From Chrysomallon squamiferum (Eukaryota > Animalia > Mollusca), in NCBI GenBank assembly GCA_012295275.1, contig CM022667.1, positions 10,540,001 to 10,604,000 of the forward strand: a stretch of 64,000 nucleotides of DNA, read 5' to 3'. Below are positions 12,933 through 25,549 of this stretch, piece after piece; positions within the stretch are counted from its first letter, which is position 1, and each line of letters begins with the position of its first letter. Position numbers and translations under genes: made by a program. The notes below the pieces were generated by a model. That model saw only the letters and a list, made by a program, of their open reading frames with translations. It made no database searches and was not told the origin of the DNA.

Positions 12933-13405
12933 CTCAAGTAGCATGGACCAATGATTTTTATAAAAATTCAAATAGGAAACTCAAATTTTGCACGCAAAAT
13001 AGAAAGATCCGAGTACGCTCGGAAACCGTCACATCGGGGTGTCAAACTTCCAGATTCATCAATTTTACATCAATTTTCTGTATTTTTTATGATTTATACT
13101 AATAAACTAATCGATTGTTGTTCATATTACAAAACTATTATGTAGAACACCTAACACTTTTACCTTAATGAAACTTTTCAAACTGGATTATTGTTTTGCA
13201 CATGCGTGCATAATAAACTGAGATTTTAATGTTCTAGCAGATTACTATATTAACGTTTCTAGCTGGCAGTGTTCCTCGTTTTAGAACCCATCTGATTCAG
13301 GGGTAGTTCGTATCCATTAAATTGGAGAAATCTGGAGCCATTTTTCGAGCAGACGCAGTTCGTACCGTCACGAGTTACTGTTCTTGTTGGTCCATGCTAC
13401 CTGAG
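12933..13405. mobile_element. Non-autonomous DNA transposon (MITE), 473 bp, with 19-bp terminal inverted repeats; possibly CMC/EnSpm-like
   Basis: Left end CTCAAGTAGCATGGACCAA (12933-12951) and right end TTGGTCCATGCTACCTGAG (13387-13405) are reverse complements with 1 mismatch. No coding capacity. The superfamily assignment is inference. Confidence 0.7.
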
Positions 13406-14345
13406 TTCGAGCACAAAACAGAACAAAACAAAACAATTTTTAAAAATACAAAAATACTCAATTACATTCCATATTCACCTGATTAAAAAAACTCTGCAGC
13501 ACCTGCAAGTATCACATTTGTACAAGTTATTGTCGGATTGAATAAAATAAAAAAAATTAAATCATAACTAATTATTTTCTTTAAATATTGAAGAAATCTG
13601 TCGTCTGCCCGCAATATTCTGTGTTTCTTGTTTCCTCCAAAAAGTGTATTGCATGAAATAAATATTTAATATTACACAATTGTCCTTTCACTCTTGAAAA
13701 CAAAATAAAATAAAATAGTCAGAAGACAAGCAATTACATAAAGCCGAAAAGTTTTGTAAACATTTTTTTCTTTCTTTTTCTTTTTTCTTTTATTTTGTTA
13801 TTATTAATTTTATTGTTTATTTTTTTTTTTTTTTTTTTATTATTATTATTTTTTTTTTTTTTTTTTTTTCAGGTAACGGCTGTTCTCATTATATTGATAT
13901 TTCATAGCATAGTTATGCATTCAGTTTAATATTGTTATGCATTCTAAAAGTAGACTTATTTTAAAAGCACATTCAGGGCTTAAATATGTGTTATTTAGTT
14001 ATTTATTATGTAATTCATTTAGTGTTGTAACAACTAACAAGTACTTTCATAGCATTGGACAGATGTATATAAAGTAGTTTATCTTTTTAATTGACCTGTC
14101 AGAAAGCGTGCCCATCGCAGACGTGCTTCACAACAGCTTGCTCTGATTAGCACGTTAATTTTTTTCCTATTCCTATTCCTATTTAATTGGTAACAGTAGG
14201 CATAGATGACAGAAGTTTTCATTATTGTTGTTTGTTTTGTTGGTGGTGGTGTTTTGTTGTTGGATTTTATCGGGTATCAAGAATCAACTATAAACATATA
14301 CTTTATATATTGTTAACTATAATAATGCAAATTATTATTTATTAT

Positions 14346-14377
<32 letters not shown>

Positions 14378-15875
14378 TAATAAAATAACATATTTTGCAT
14401 CATTTGAGTAATTAATCTTAAAAACAAAAGTTGTTGTTTTATTTGGTTCTGCTGACATGTTTTAACACTTATCCAAAGAAATTACTGTTAGTCAACACAA
14501 GCTATTTTGAATAGCTCTAACATAGTTGTACACAACTGTATCAAAAACATGAAAGTACAAACACATTTCCTAAAACTGTTGCTATTTCTTGTTTTCTTTG
14601 TTTGGTGGGGGGGGTTTTTTTTTTTTTGATGTTTCATTTTTTTTTACATCTTTTCATTCACCTTTCTAAAATTGTTTATTTATTTATGGTTTTTATGAAT
14701 TAACTGAATTCATTTAACTTACAAACAGCAGTAACATACATGTTATCATTTTTCTTATTATTTTAATCCATGGTCAAATGAAGACTTCCATTTAATTTTC
14801 GTTTAACTTAGAGGCATTTGTTTAGATTTGTAACAAGATTTTCAATTATTTTGTGTGTGGTGGGGAAAAGGTTAAGTTTATCTTCGGCATTTAGTTTTTC
14901 ATAATCAGATAAAGAATTTCACTGGCACAAGTATAATACATTGATCGATTTTTTTCATTTCTATAGGATGTGAATCACTGATTTATTAACTGGAAATAAT
15001 TATATTCTTGCAAATAAAATAAAATTAATTTAATTTAATAAATAAAAATAAAATCTTTATATTTTAAATACCCAAGACTCAAAAACACATCTCTGATAAC
15101 CAATCATGGAGCAGCAGGGGGAAATAAGCCATTGGATGAATCACAAATCATTCATTTACAACTCAACAGCTGCGAACCCAGCACGATAGACATGCATACA
15201 GAAAATATTGACTGAATTATCAATAAAATAATTCAATTAAATTAAATTAATAACAAAAACTGATAACAACACACAATATATCACTTATGAAAATATTTAA
15301 TCAATGAATGACAATTTATTATAAACATGAAAATGTTTTGTTTTTTGTTGTAGTCAAAAATATTTGCAGAAACTATTACATTTTATTTCTACCAGTTAAT
15401 CAGCTGAATGACTTTCACATGTATTATTATTATTAACATTTCTTAAAACATTTTTTCTTTTTCATAAGCTTTAAAATTATTTTTATTGGTGAAGATACAT
15501 GTACAAAATATAATTTTTCTAAACTTCAAATTAGTTCCACTTGTCAAGATGTCAACCTTTGCTAAAAACAAAGAATGGCAATAATACAAAACTCCATTCA
15601 TCTTTCTTGTTATTGAGCTTGTAATGTAAAATAAATATTTAAAAATATATCAATAAATTTTATATAAATTTTTAACTTTATTTTTCAATGACTGATTTAG
15701 TGTCAAACAAGTAAATACAAAAATCAAAATAATATTAATAATAATAGCAGCAGAAAACAGTTTTCACTCTGTTTTTCAACAAAGAAATGGGTATAATTTA
15801 CACATAGCTTTAGAAAAAGAATTATAAGACATTAATTAATAATAAAAATTAAGAAAATAATAATTCAAACTAAAA

Positions 15876-15914
<39 letters not shown>

Positions 15915-15932
15915 AATATATGCATATACATA

Positions 15933-16122
15933 CAGGTGGCTCATAAAATAACTAGTTCATTTATCATTATGAAAAGTAAACACATTTTTTTATATATATT
16001 TAGAAAAGATTTAAAAGAAAGTAATGCATTCAGCTGAAAAAACTAAAATTTAAAGTTAAAAAATATTAATTTCATTTCAGTGAAAATTTTCAGATACAGC
16101 TACCAGTCACTTATAAGCCACC

Positions 16123-16123
<1 letters not shown>
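15933..16123. mobile_element. Short Tc1/mariner-type MITE (~190 bp) flanked by TA
   Basis: Left TA-CAGGTGGCTCATAAAATAACTAG and right CCAGTCACTTATAAGCCACCA-TA are imperfect inverted repeats, embedded in (TG)n/(TA)n. Confidence 0.55.
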
Positions 16124-16155
<32 letters not shown>

Positions 16156-17689
16156 TATATATCCTTTGTCTAACAGACAGTATCAGCTGTGTAAAGTGAA
16201 ACCATTATTTTAACAATGATCTGAGCATGGGAAGCATAAATTTTACAAATACTGATGTTTTGCAAATGTCAAAAATATACATATGTGAACAATAAAAATT
16301 GAACAACTTCGAAACAAAACAAATAACTATATACAAAACCCCCTTTTCCAGATTATATAAAAATAATTATCTGTTTATCAAAATTCTATAAAAACTCTAA
16401 CTTAAAAATTACTATCTAATATATATGAAATATCTGATTATTATAAGCATTTGGTTTATCCTAAGGAGGTGAGGAATTTGCATTCGATGTTCAGGATAAA
16501 GGTGGTATCTTAAGACAGTAACCATTTCTTTATTTGATCCTGCATTCCTAAAGAAAACAAGAACTAAATTAAATTAACTGTGTTATATCTCAACTACATG
16601 CCCTCGACCACAGCAGATCCACAGATACATTTTGTGTTAAGTAAAAATAATATATTATTTTCTTTTAAGTGAAAATTGTTTTCAAAATAGTCTTTTAAGA
16701 TCTAAACCGTTAATTAATTAATTTAAATATAGTAGTTTACCAAAAAGCTACATTTCAGGTGAGTACCTTAAAATACAGAAATTTATCTAGTCATTATATC
16801 GTATCACTATGTGTAGTTATTATAAGATAAATTACAATGTAATTTCCTTCATATTAACATTTCCAAAATATTCATGGAAAATTTCCAAACCATTCACAAT
16901 ACTAATCCCATTCATTCTGATTATTAACAGGCTTTGCCACAGAAACAGTAATATATCTTGCTAATAGTTTTGTCACAGATGTTCTGAAATACACTGTAAT
17001 ATTGCCACTGGACCATATTAATAATACATATGCACATTTGGAAACAACCTAAATTCTGAACTATAAAGAATTTAAGAAAAAGGACTATTGAAACGTATAA
17101 GAATTTCAATCAATAATTAAACTAAAATAATATATATAATACTTCATATTAAAGGTTAAAAAAACAGGATTTCAGAAACTGGATTGTACAGAATTCGGTG
17201 TCCATAATTAAACACATACAACATTTAAACTCTTCATATTAATACTTTGTCATTGCCGTTAATCATTAACCATCATCACCATGTAGCCAACTATATCATT
17301 CCACTGTTGGTGAAATGCTTAGCATGTTGTTTCCACATTAACATAATACTAACAGTGTAGTTTTCTAATACCTTATTCCCATGTACAAATAATCTGAGTT
17401 ACACTAACGTACAAATTACATCATAAGATACGAATATACTAAACTAAATACACCTATCTCTGGATATTTACTGAATGCCTGTAAACCAAAAGTTAATACA
17501 AATCACTGTCTTAAACAACACTGTTAAAACTGCCCATCACCCTGTATATAATTAACAACAAATATATTTTAAAGTTGTCTAAACAACATTTTTGAAAGTC
17601 AAATTCCAAAATACTCCTCATAATCAACAATATATATTGATATATCCTTCAAATACCCAAACTATTCACAACTAATTTTATTTTATGGT

Positions 17690-18040
17690 TACCTTTTCAA
17701 AAATGTATTCCCTTTTTCTTGATAAGTTTAAAAATATATTTCTCATTTTCAAGGTAGCAATTTCAAAATATGTTCTCACAGTTCCATGAAACAATTTCAG
17801 AAGTGTTCCTGATTTTCTAATTTATAATTACCAGATGTGTTCTTCACTTTCTGATTTACTATTTCAAAATGTGTTCCTCCTTTCCAAGTTATAATTTCCT
17901 AATATTTTTCATATTTTCTCAGTTACAATTTCAAACTTAATCACTTGCTTTCAAGCAACAGGTTTAGATATAACAATTTTCAAAAATGTCCCCACCATTT
18001 CTCCATAATAATTTCAAAATATCTTGCCCTGTTTATTGAG
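17690..18040. repeat. Degenerate ~33-34 bp minisatellite
   Basis: The motif AATTTCAAAAT(G/A)TGTTC..TTTC(C/T)A recurs at about 33-34 bp spacing. Confidence 0.55.
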
Positions 18041-20297
18041 TTCAACATTTGTTAAAAGAGATTCTTAAGATCTTTATTTATTATTATTACTTCACTAAAA
18101 TGAATATCAAAATATCAAAATTAAATTTCATACATTTTAAAGTATCTGTAAAAGTTTTGCAAAATCATTACAAAACACATTTAAAGCTCACAATAAAATT
18201 AACAATTAATTTATATACAAATATGCAAATTTAACCTTTTGCAAATTATAAAAATACTACAGAATACTGCTTCACTGGGAATAGAAGTTGTCATATTTAT
18301 TCCATTAAAAGTAGAATTAGAATGATAGGACATCACAGCTGACAAAAGTTATGCCAAGGTCTTTAAGCCTGAGAACAGGAAGGAGTATAAATTTTAACTC
18401 CTTCCATGAGAAATATTTTGTGAGAATGCAATATTTTATTGGGGATAGATAATAGATAAAGTATTAGCTTATTCCCATCTGGACCTATCATGACAATTTC
18501 CAACTCCAGAAGTTTATATAAAATGTTATTACTTCATTAAAGAAAGATTGTGGGGTTTTTTTCAGTTTTGATAAGATATCTTTACAAGCAAGAATATTAT
18601 GAAAATAAAATGAAAAAAAAGGAGTTAATTTTCATTGCTAGAAACCTGATAGAGACCATAAACTGGAAATTAAACAGTAGGAAATCTGTGAATGGTGCAA
18701 AAAAAAATCAATACAGGATTTGGTTTAGAGTTTTAATAAGAAGATAATAAAAGCAGTACTACACTATAATTAAAACTACGAGGTTTTCAGCAGTTGAGGT
18801 AGCAATCACAATAGCAGCAGCTGCATTTAATAAATATAGATATTATAATAGAAATAAAATTCATCTAGTTTTCCCTAATTATTTTTAACATTCTTAAGAA
18901 AGAATTTTTTTTTTCAATTTCATTAATAATTCAATATTTAGTATACATTTATATTTATTAATAATTCATTATTTTGCCTATAATCCAAGGTCATTATGAT
19001 GTAACTGTATAAATTTTTTATGTACCAAATACTGTTTACATTATTAGAATATAGTTATTTACAAAGTTATCAGATGCCAACTATTTTTCAAATACACCAG
19101 AATAACAGCATAAACAAATAAAGTATGCATAACTTTACAAAAGATCAGAATTAAAATCATATTCAAAAACAAAGATTTGCCATCTTTATGATAAATAATT
19201 GTAAAGAGATGTTAACAGCCATAACACAAATAATATTATATGCACATCACTGCATGTACAAAATAAATATTGAAAATTAAAAAATATGCTTATTAAAAAT
19301 ATTCAACATAACAAAATGATGGAAGTAATTACAGCACTTACAGCAATTTTTGCTGAAAATTATAAAACAGAAAAATAAAAAATAAAATGATATTATGTTT
19401 CATTTTTTTTCTAAAGCTTATGAACTCATATAATTTTATTTTGTTTTAAAACTTAATATTAAAACCAAAATTTATCCACAGAAATAAAAAATAGTTTCAG
19501 AAATTAGCTATGATTTAACTTCCAACAGATACTTTTTTTAAAATTCTAATTTAAATATAAAACCAAAGCATAAAATATTTAAGTATTGTAACTTCGGTTC
19601 AATGTTTGACTTATTTGTGTAACTTACTTTCTGTTTTAATAAATCTGGTTGCCCAATTCAAAAAAATGGGAAAATAAAATTGACATAAAATTTTGACCAA
19701 CACAGGATGTCAACTCTAAAAGCTTTTGCATTGCATAATACTGATATGTTAATGAAATTAAAAATGTTCATCACATCATGAATATCAAAACATAATAAAA
19801 ATACTTTTTACTTCTCTTTGTCTGTCATATTTCCTTTTTTTTCATTTTTTAAAAAACAAATATTTATTAATAGTTAATATTTATATATAGCTATATATAT
19901 ATAAATATCCTTATATTTTCTGGTATCATTTTATTTCAGTGATTCAGAAATGTACATACAAAGAAAGACTGAGAAATTAGAAATTATTTTGAAAAAATAA
20001 AATATATATATATATATAAATTAAAAAAAAAAAAACTTTTGAAGATTAAAATTAACAAAGTACAATTATTACAAACAAATTCAAGTAACCACAAAAAGAT
20101 TATTAACATGTTTTCTATGAAAATAATTATGATGAAAACTGGAATTAAATAAATATAATATACTTGGAGCAATATATAAATTATTCTATTTTGATAAATT
20201 TATTAACAGTCCAATGTATATATTATATGGACTAACATTACATTTCTAGATATACATTATGCAGAATGAAAATTAATATAATTAAAAAATGTATGTG

Positions 20298-20345
<48 letters not shown>

Positions 20346-20527
20346 TATACATCTGATGAATGTGGAACGTACTTGACACTCAGCATACATTACTATGTCT
20401 AAATGTATTTTGTGGTTTTTTAATTTATTTATTTAATTTTTAAAATGTTTGTTGTTGTCATCATTTTAATAACATTCTCAACTTAGTCCTAAATGTAATC
20501 TGGATATGTGATTGTGCAGTGTATGTA

Positions 20528-20741
20528 CAAGGGGGTGCAAAAGTAGGTATACAGTTATGAAAAAAGAAAACACAGTACTCATTGCATTTATTATTCAAAC
20601 AAAAAAGCTAATATAAAAACACATGAATTTTATTAATTTAAGTAAAATTTTATAAATAAGAAAAATGAGTCCAATTAATTTAATGTGCTACTAAATTCAC
20701 TGATGTGATACTACTGTATACCAGCTTTTGCAACCCCCTTG
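20528..20741. mobile_element. Tc1/mariner-type MITE, 214 bp, with ~28-bp TIRs
   Basis: Left TA-CAAGGGGGTGCAAAAGTAGGTATACAGT; right ACTGTATACCAGCTTTTGCAACCCCCTTG, whose reverse complement is CAAGGGGGTTGCAAAAGCTGGTATACAGT. AT-rich non-coding interior. Confidence 0.8.
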
Positions 20742-20895
20742 ATATAGATATACAGATACAGATACAGATACAGATACAGATACAGATACAGATACAGATA
20801 CAGATACAGATACAGATATAGATACAGATACAGATATACAGATACAGATATAGATACAGATATAGATACAGATATAGATATAAAGATACAGATAT
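20742..20895. repeat. (GATACA/GATATA)n hexanucleotide microsatellite
   Basis: Directly visible; it explains the spurious YL/SV/IC ORFs at 20680-20978. Confidence 0.95.
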
Positions 20896-21801
20896 ACATA
20901 CTTGGTGCTCTGTATGCAATGTACATCTCTGTCATAAATGTGTATATCTCTGTCATACAGAGAAACATATATACTCACATGGATTATGTATCAATCTCCA
21001 TACCAATTAATATACAATGAATTTAAAATTAATGAATATTTTGGGAACAAAATAGTCAACAGATCGAACAAAGTCACACATTTTACTATTTGGATTTCAT
21101 AATCTATGACTTAAGTAAAAAGTCAGTGAACAAGATATTACCAAGAGAAAATAGTTGATGTATGAAACTCAGATCTACTAGCAGGTCTACTCTTGGTTCA
21201 CTGAAACAATGATTAATTTAATACAGCTATGAGTTTGCTGTTAATAAGTTTTGCTTTAAGCAAATTCAAACAACCTAAAGCTTGTTTTACCTTTAAAGTA
21301 CTGATGAGACTGACTCCAGTGAAAATAATTTGTATTACCTAAGTAATGTCTATCAAATCAGTAGCACAATTATTTATTATAATAGCAATATGTATTAAAA
21401 TAATGTCATTTAAAAAAAAAAACATCAGCAGTCTTTATATCTCATGCTAGATATTTTAGTTTAACATGATTTTTTTTATGGAACAAATTTACAATTTATT
21501 TGTGAAATGAAAATTAATGATAAACTAATGATATTATTTCTTAGCATATCCAAATTTTGCTGATAATTTTAAACTTTTTGATAGTTTGTTACATTGCACA
21601 TACCCATATAAACACAAACAGAAAAATGCCTAAACAATTATTTTGTAAACATTGTAAAACAAATTTTACCAAAACAATCAACGATGTTTTACTAAGTACA
21701 GTTGAACAGTCCATTAATACTCTAGCATGAAAACTTTAGCTGAAATATCAGGTTTTGGTTTACCACGAACAAAATATTTTTATCTAAATACAATGAGGAT
21801 A

Positions 21802-24437
21802 TTATAAAGGTGATGGATACTCAGATATTGGAATGTCCATTCGAACGTTTTTAAGTTGAGACCATATGTATTCCAATCTTGATAGAAGAGGTTTCTTAAA
21901 ATTATGCATTAATGTATCTGTAACCCTTGGTATTTTTTCATCTGGTTTCTCCCAGTTTCTGTAATGATGAAGCAATGCATCTGATGGAGGAATTTGATCA
22001 GTCAAACCATGGATGCTGAATTCCCATATATTATGGATTCCAACTATTCCAACTATCCTGGGATCAATGATGTATTTAGATCTCATGTTGTAACTATACA
22101 CTTTCTGCTCTTTAAGGGTGGTAAATAAAAATATAGATTTGTATTTCAGTGCTTTTTCTTTTCCTTCAAAGTCTTGATCGAAACTGGGCCAATCTTTTCG
22201 GAAGAAATTACATCTGAATATAAAAGCTGCTTTACTCTTTTTTGACAGCAGTTCAGGCCAGTTCTTAGCCGTACGAGGGATTATTATTTCATCAACATCC
22301 TCATACACGAGGTATTTCGACCGATACCTGTTTCGGTAAAGACAGTCATTAAGTGCTGCCATCTGAGCGAAATAATGCACTTCTGGTCTTCCCACTGGTG
22401 GCCAATGATCAACTTTCACTGGCAGTTTCCACTGAATGACATTGACTAAACCCATGGACGTGTACAGCTGCAAGACTTGATCAACGTTGACACCCGTACT
22501 GTAATTGTAGAAAGTAAAAGAGTCAGCACCCATAAGACGATTCATCTCAATCCACTCTACGAGCTCATAGGCTCGACTGTAGTGGAAATTGAATGGTGTC
22601 AAACATACTGTGAAATTTGACTCTATCTTTGAGAAATATATAATCTTCAGCAGATTGTTGGGTACCTGACAAGATTCTGTGACAACAGACATGGCATATG
22701 GCTTCCTGTTGTCTGGCAGCATACATTTTATCTGCATTGCAGTGTATCTATAATTACAAAATGAAAAACTAATCATTGAAAGAAACAAACAAACAAAATA
22801 ATCATGTTATCAAATTCATAAATGTTCGTTTTTCACTGGGTTTTTTTATTTCATTCAGATTCCCACTTTCAACACGAATAAACCCAATTATCAGTTATTT
22901 GTTATTATTTAACTTATAATTTGTGATATGAGTCAATGAATGAACACCTCATTGCATATTAAACTAAAAATACAGTGTGTCAGTGGATTTTTTTACTATA
23001 TTGCTTTTGTTTATAATAACAAAGAAAACACTACATACATATTTTTGATTTATGAACAAGCAGTAGTTGACTGAAACAGCAGAACAAATGTTTCAATGCC
23101 CAATACAGGCACTGCTCCAAGACTAGTAAAAGATTATAATTTGATAGGTTTGACAGTTCTTATTTGCATGGGTTTTTTGTTGTTGTTGTTGTTGTTGTCT
23201 TCTTTTGTTCTTCTTATTTTTTAAATTCACTATAAAAATAACTTTCTTTTTAATATATCTATTAAACAAAACACTGAAATATATAAGATTGTGTTCATTG
23301 AACATTTCATTATAATGTATGATATATATTTGTAATATTATTTTATTGATTGATGGATATTAGAAATTTATTCAGTTTTAAATAACAATAAATATCAGAT
23401 TACATGATTTTTTTTCCTTTTCTTTTTTTTAAATTTATTTAAGTTATACACATTGACAACATATCATTTACATTATTCAACATGAGCAACATGCTAATAT
23501 TAGCAAGCTGTTAATGAAATCAATATTTCATTATAAATGTACACCTAAAAAAGCAATTAATGAATAAACTATGGTGAGCATGTTTGTCCATGATGGAAGT
23601 GGGGAAAAAAAAAAGTAAATTATATACTTGTTCTTTCTTAATTAAGAATGTATATAACAGTAAGGTTGATGACAAATAAGCTGCTCAAATTTCAAGCTGG
23701 TGAATTATTTTCAGAAAAATAGTTTTTGGCACACATTTGTAATAATTATATTATGAATATGATATTGCTTGGGCTTATAAATATATTACTACTTAACTTC
23801 AAATGTTAGCCATCATTCTATAAAGTTATCGAGACTGGTTTTAAATAGTATGTCCTATGTCTGTGAAAGTATATGTGTGTGCATCATAGTGAGCATTATC
23901 TGTTGCATACATGTATATGAATGTGTGTGAAGAAGCAGTGCACTTATGCACATATTGCAGATTTACTTACAAGAGACTGTGAGATTCTGGCAAACCTTTA
24001 ATTGCGCTTGCAACAACAATGAGGTCCTCACCCTCTCCTTCAAACCATAACTGACAAACAACATTGTGGTTGATTCTGTGTTGAGACAATCCAATAACCT
24101 GCACAAGTGGCTTGTTCACCTCATCATACAGCGCTGAAAATACATACAACTCAGATCCATTGGTAACCTTCTGAAATTTCTGGGAGTCGATGACATTGAC
24201 AGGTTTTGTCAGATCTGGACAGTTCTTGCCACGTTTACGCCGAGCAAAATCTTGTTCTGTACTGACCAGTTTTCCAGCAGTATTTCTTAGCAGCACAGTG
24301 TTTCTGTTCAATCTGGAAAACTGATTGGAAATGTTCCTTATTGGTTCTTCATCTACCTCTTTATGCAGGTAAATCAGAAATAACACAAGAAAGAAGAAGA
24401 GCAACAAGGAAAACATGCGCTTCACTTTCAGCCTCAT
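21802..24437 (-). CDS. Glycosyltransferase family 92 (GALT-1-like beta-1,4-galactosyltransferase type) type II membrane protein, ~470 aa; exons 24437-23971 and 22747-21802
   Basis: Short basic N-tail plus TM (MRLKVKRMFSLLLFFFLVLFLIYL). GT92/DUF23 motifs YVFSALYD, VCLTPF..LVEWIEMNRLMGADSFTFYN, QMAALNDCLYR, the DxD-type motif DVDEIIIP, RSKYII, and LHHYR. A phase-2 GT-AG intron (GTAAGT at 23970) joins the two ORFs in frame (1413 nt). An in-frame stop lies upstream of ATG 24437. Confidence 0.9.
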
Positions 24438-24539
24438 AATTTTAGAAATGATAATCTTTGGCAATTGTGTATCTATGACTCTGCCTTTGTTCCATCACAG
24501 AGCATAAACAGCTACAGCAGAGGTCAGATGTTACTGAGC

Positions 24540-25549
24540 CTGTAAAAAAAAAAAAAAAAGCTAAATATGTACAGCCTATAGCTCAACACTGATAAAATAT
24601 TCATATTATTGATCATTACAATTATGTTTAGACCGTGAAGTTTTATAAATTTCTGGCCTACATTGAATATCAGGTATTTTAATAATTAATTATTTATAAA
24701 CTGAATGTCATTTTGTAACATATGTTTTTGAAGATGCAATTTGTTTATAAATTAAAACGTATATAAAATATTTTTTTTTGAAATAATGAATTTTGTTTAC
24801 AATGTTATTTATAACATGTATGTGTGTATTTGTTTGTTTGTTTGTTTCAATATATGTGAAACCCAACAGTATAAAGAAACTCATTCTAAAGGGGTTCTGT
24901 CCAAAATGGAATTTGATGTCATAATAATTTCTACATGCCACACTAGTTTTAGATGGAAAACTTTACAACCCTGATAACTTTTTGTTGAATATAATATCAA
25001 TTAATTAATTCTGTAAGTGAGAACACTTTAAAAATTATGTTCTGCAAATTTATTGTCATTAGAACTTTGATTATAATATATATACTTAAATACAGTAAAC
25101 TTATTTGGTTTGATATGTAAATTTAAAAACAAAGTCTAAGTTAATAAACGAAAAATCAATCTGCCCTATGTTAATATAAAAATATACCAAGGTGTTTACT
25201 TATTATTATTATTCAATAGTGTTATCAAATGGATGAAAAAGTGTTTGATTTCTTTGTTTGTGTGTGTGTGTGTCTGCGCGCGCGTGTGTACTGTCGAAGT
25301 ATCATAACAATGCTATACTTTCAATTATTCCCTCGTTTTTTAGTACTGAATATATAAATACGCTGTTGGAAATAATAATAATAATAGTAATAGTAATAAT
25401 AAAACAAGGAAGAGCCGAATATGTTGGGGTGTTTTGTTTTAGTTTTTCCCCCCGGTTGTGACACGGGAGGAAAAATGAATAAGACGATTATAATTAGGAA
25501 AACAAATGAAGACGACGGTAACTTATGCTTAATTAGCCAACGACATTAC
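24540..25549 (-). other. Putative 5'UTR intron of the GT92 gene; the non-coding first exon would lie above ~25550
   Basis: Strong poly-T/ACAG acceptor at 24540-24541 and a candidate donor (AG|GTAATG) at 25549, at the edge of a CpG-richer segment. The donor choice is uncertain. Confidence 0.4.

Noticed and set aside
13860-15250. Plus-strand acceptor-like sites (13871, ~14966) suggesting extra exons
   Set aside because: No open coding frame or matching donors; poly-T + AG occurs often by chance here.
20680-20978. ORFs with YL/SV/IC dipeptide repeats
   Set aside because: Translation artefacts of the (GATACA)n microsatellite.
24438-24464. TTG-initiated N-terminal extension of the GT92 ORF
   Set aside because: The ORF finder used a non-ATG start; the first in-frame ATG is at 24437.
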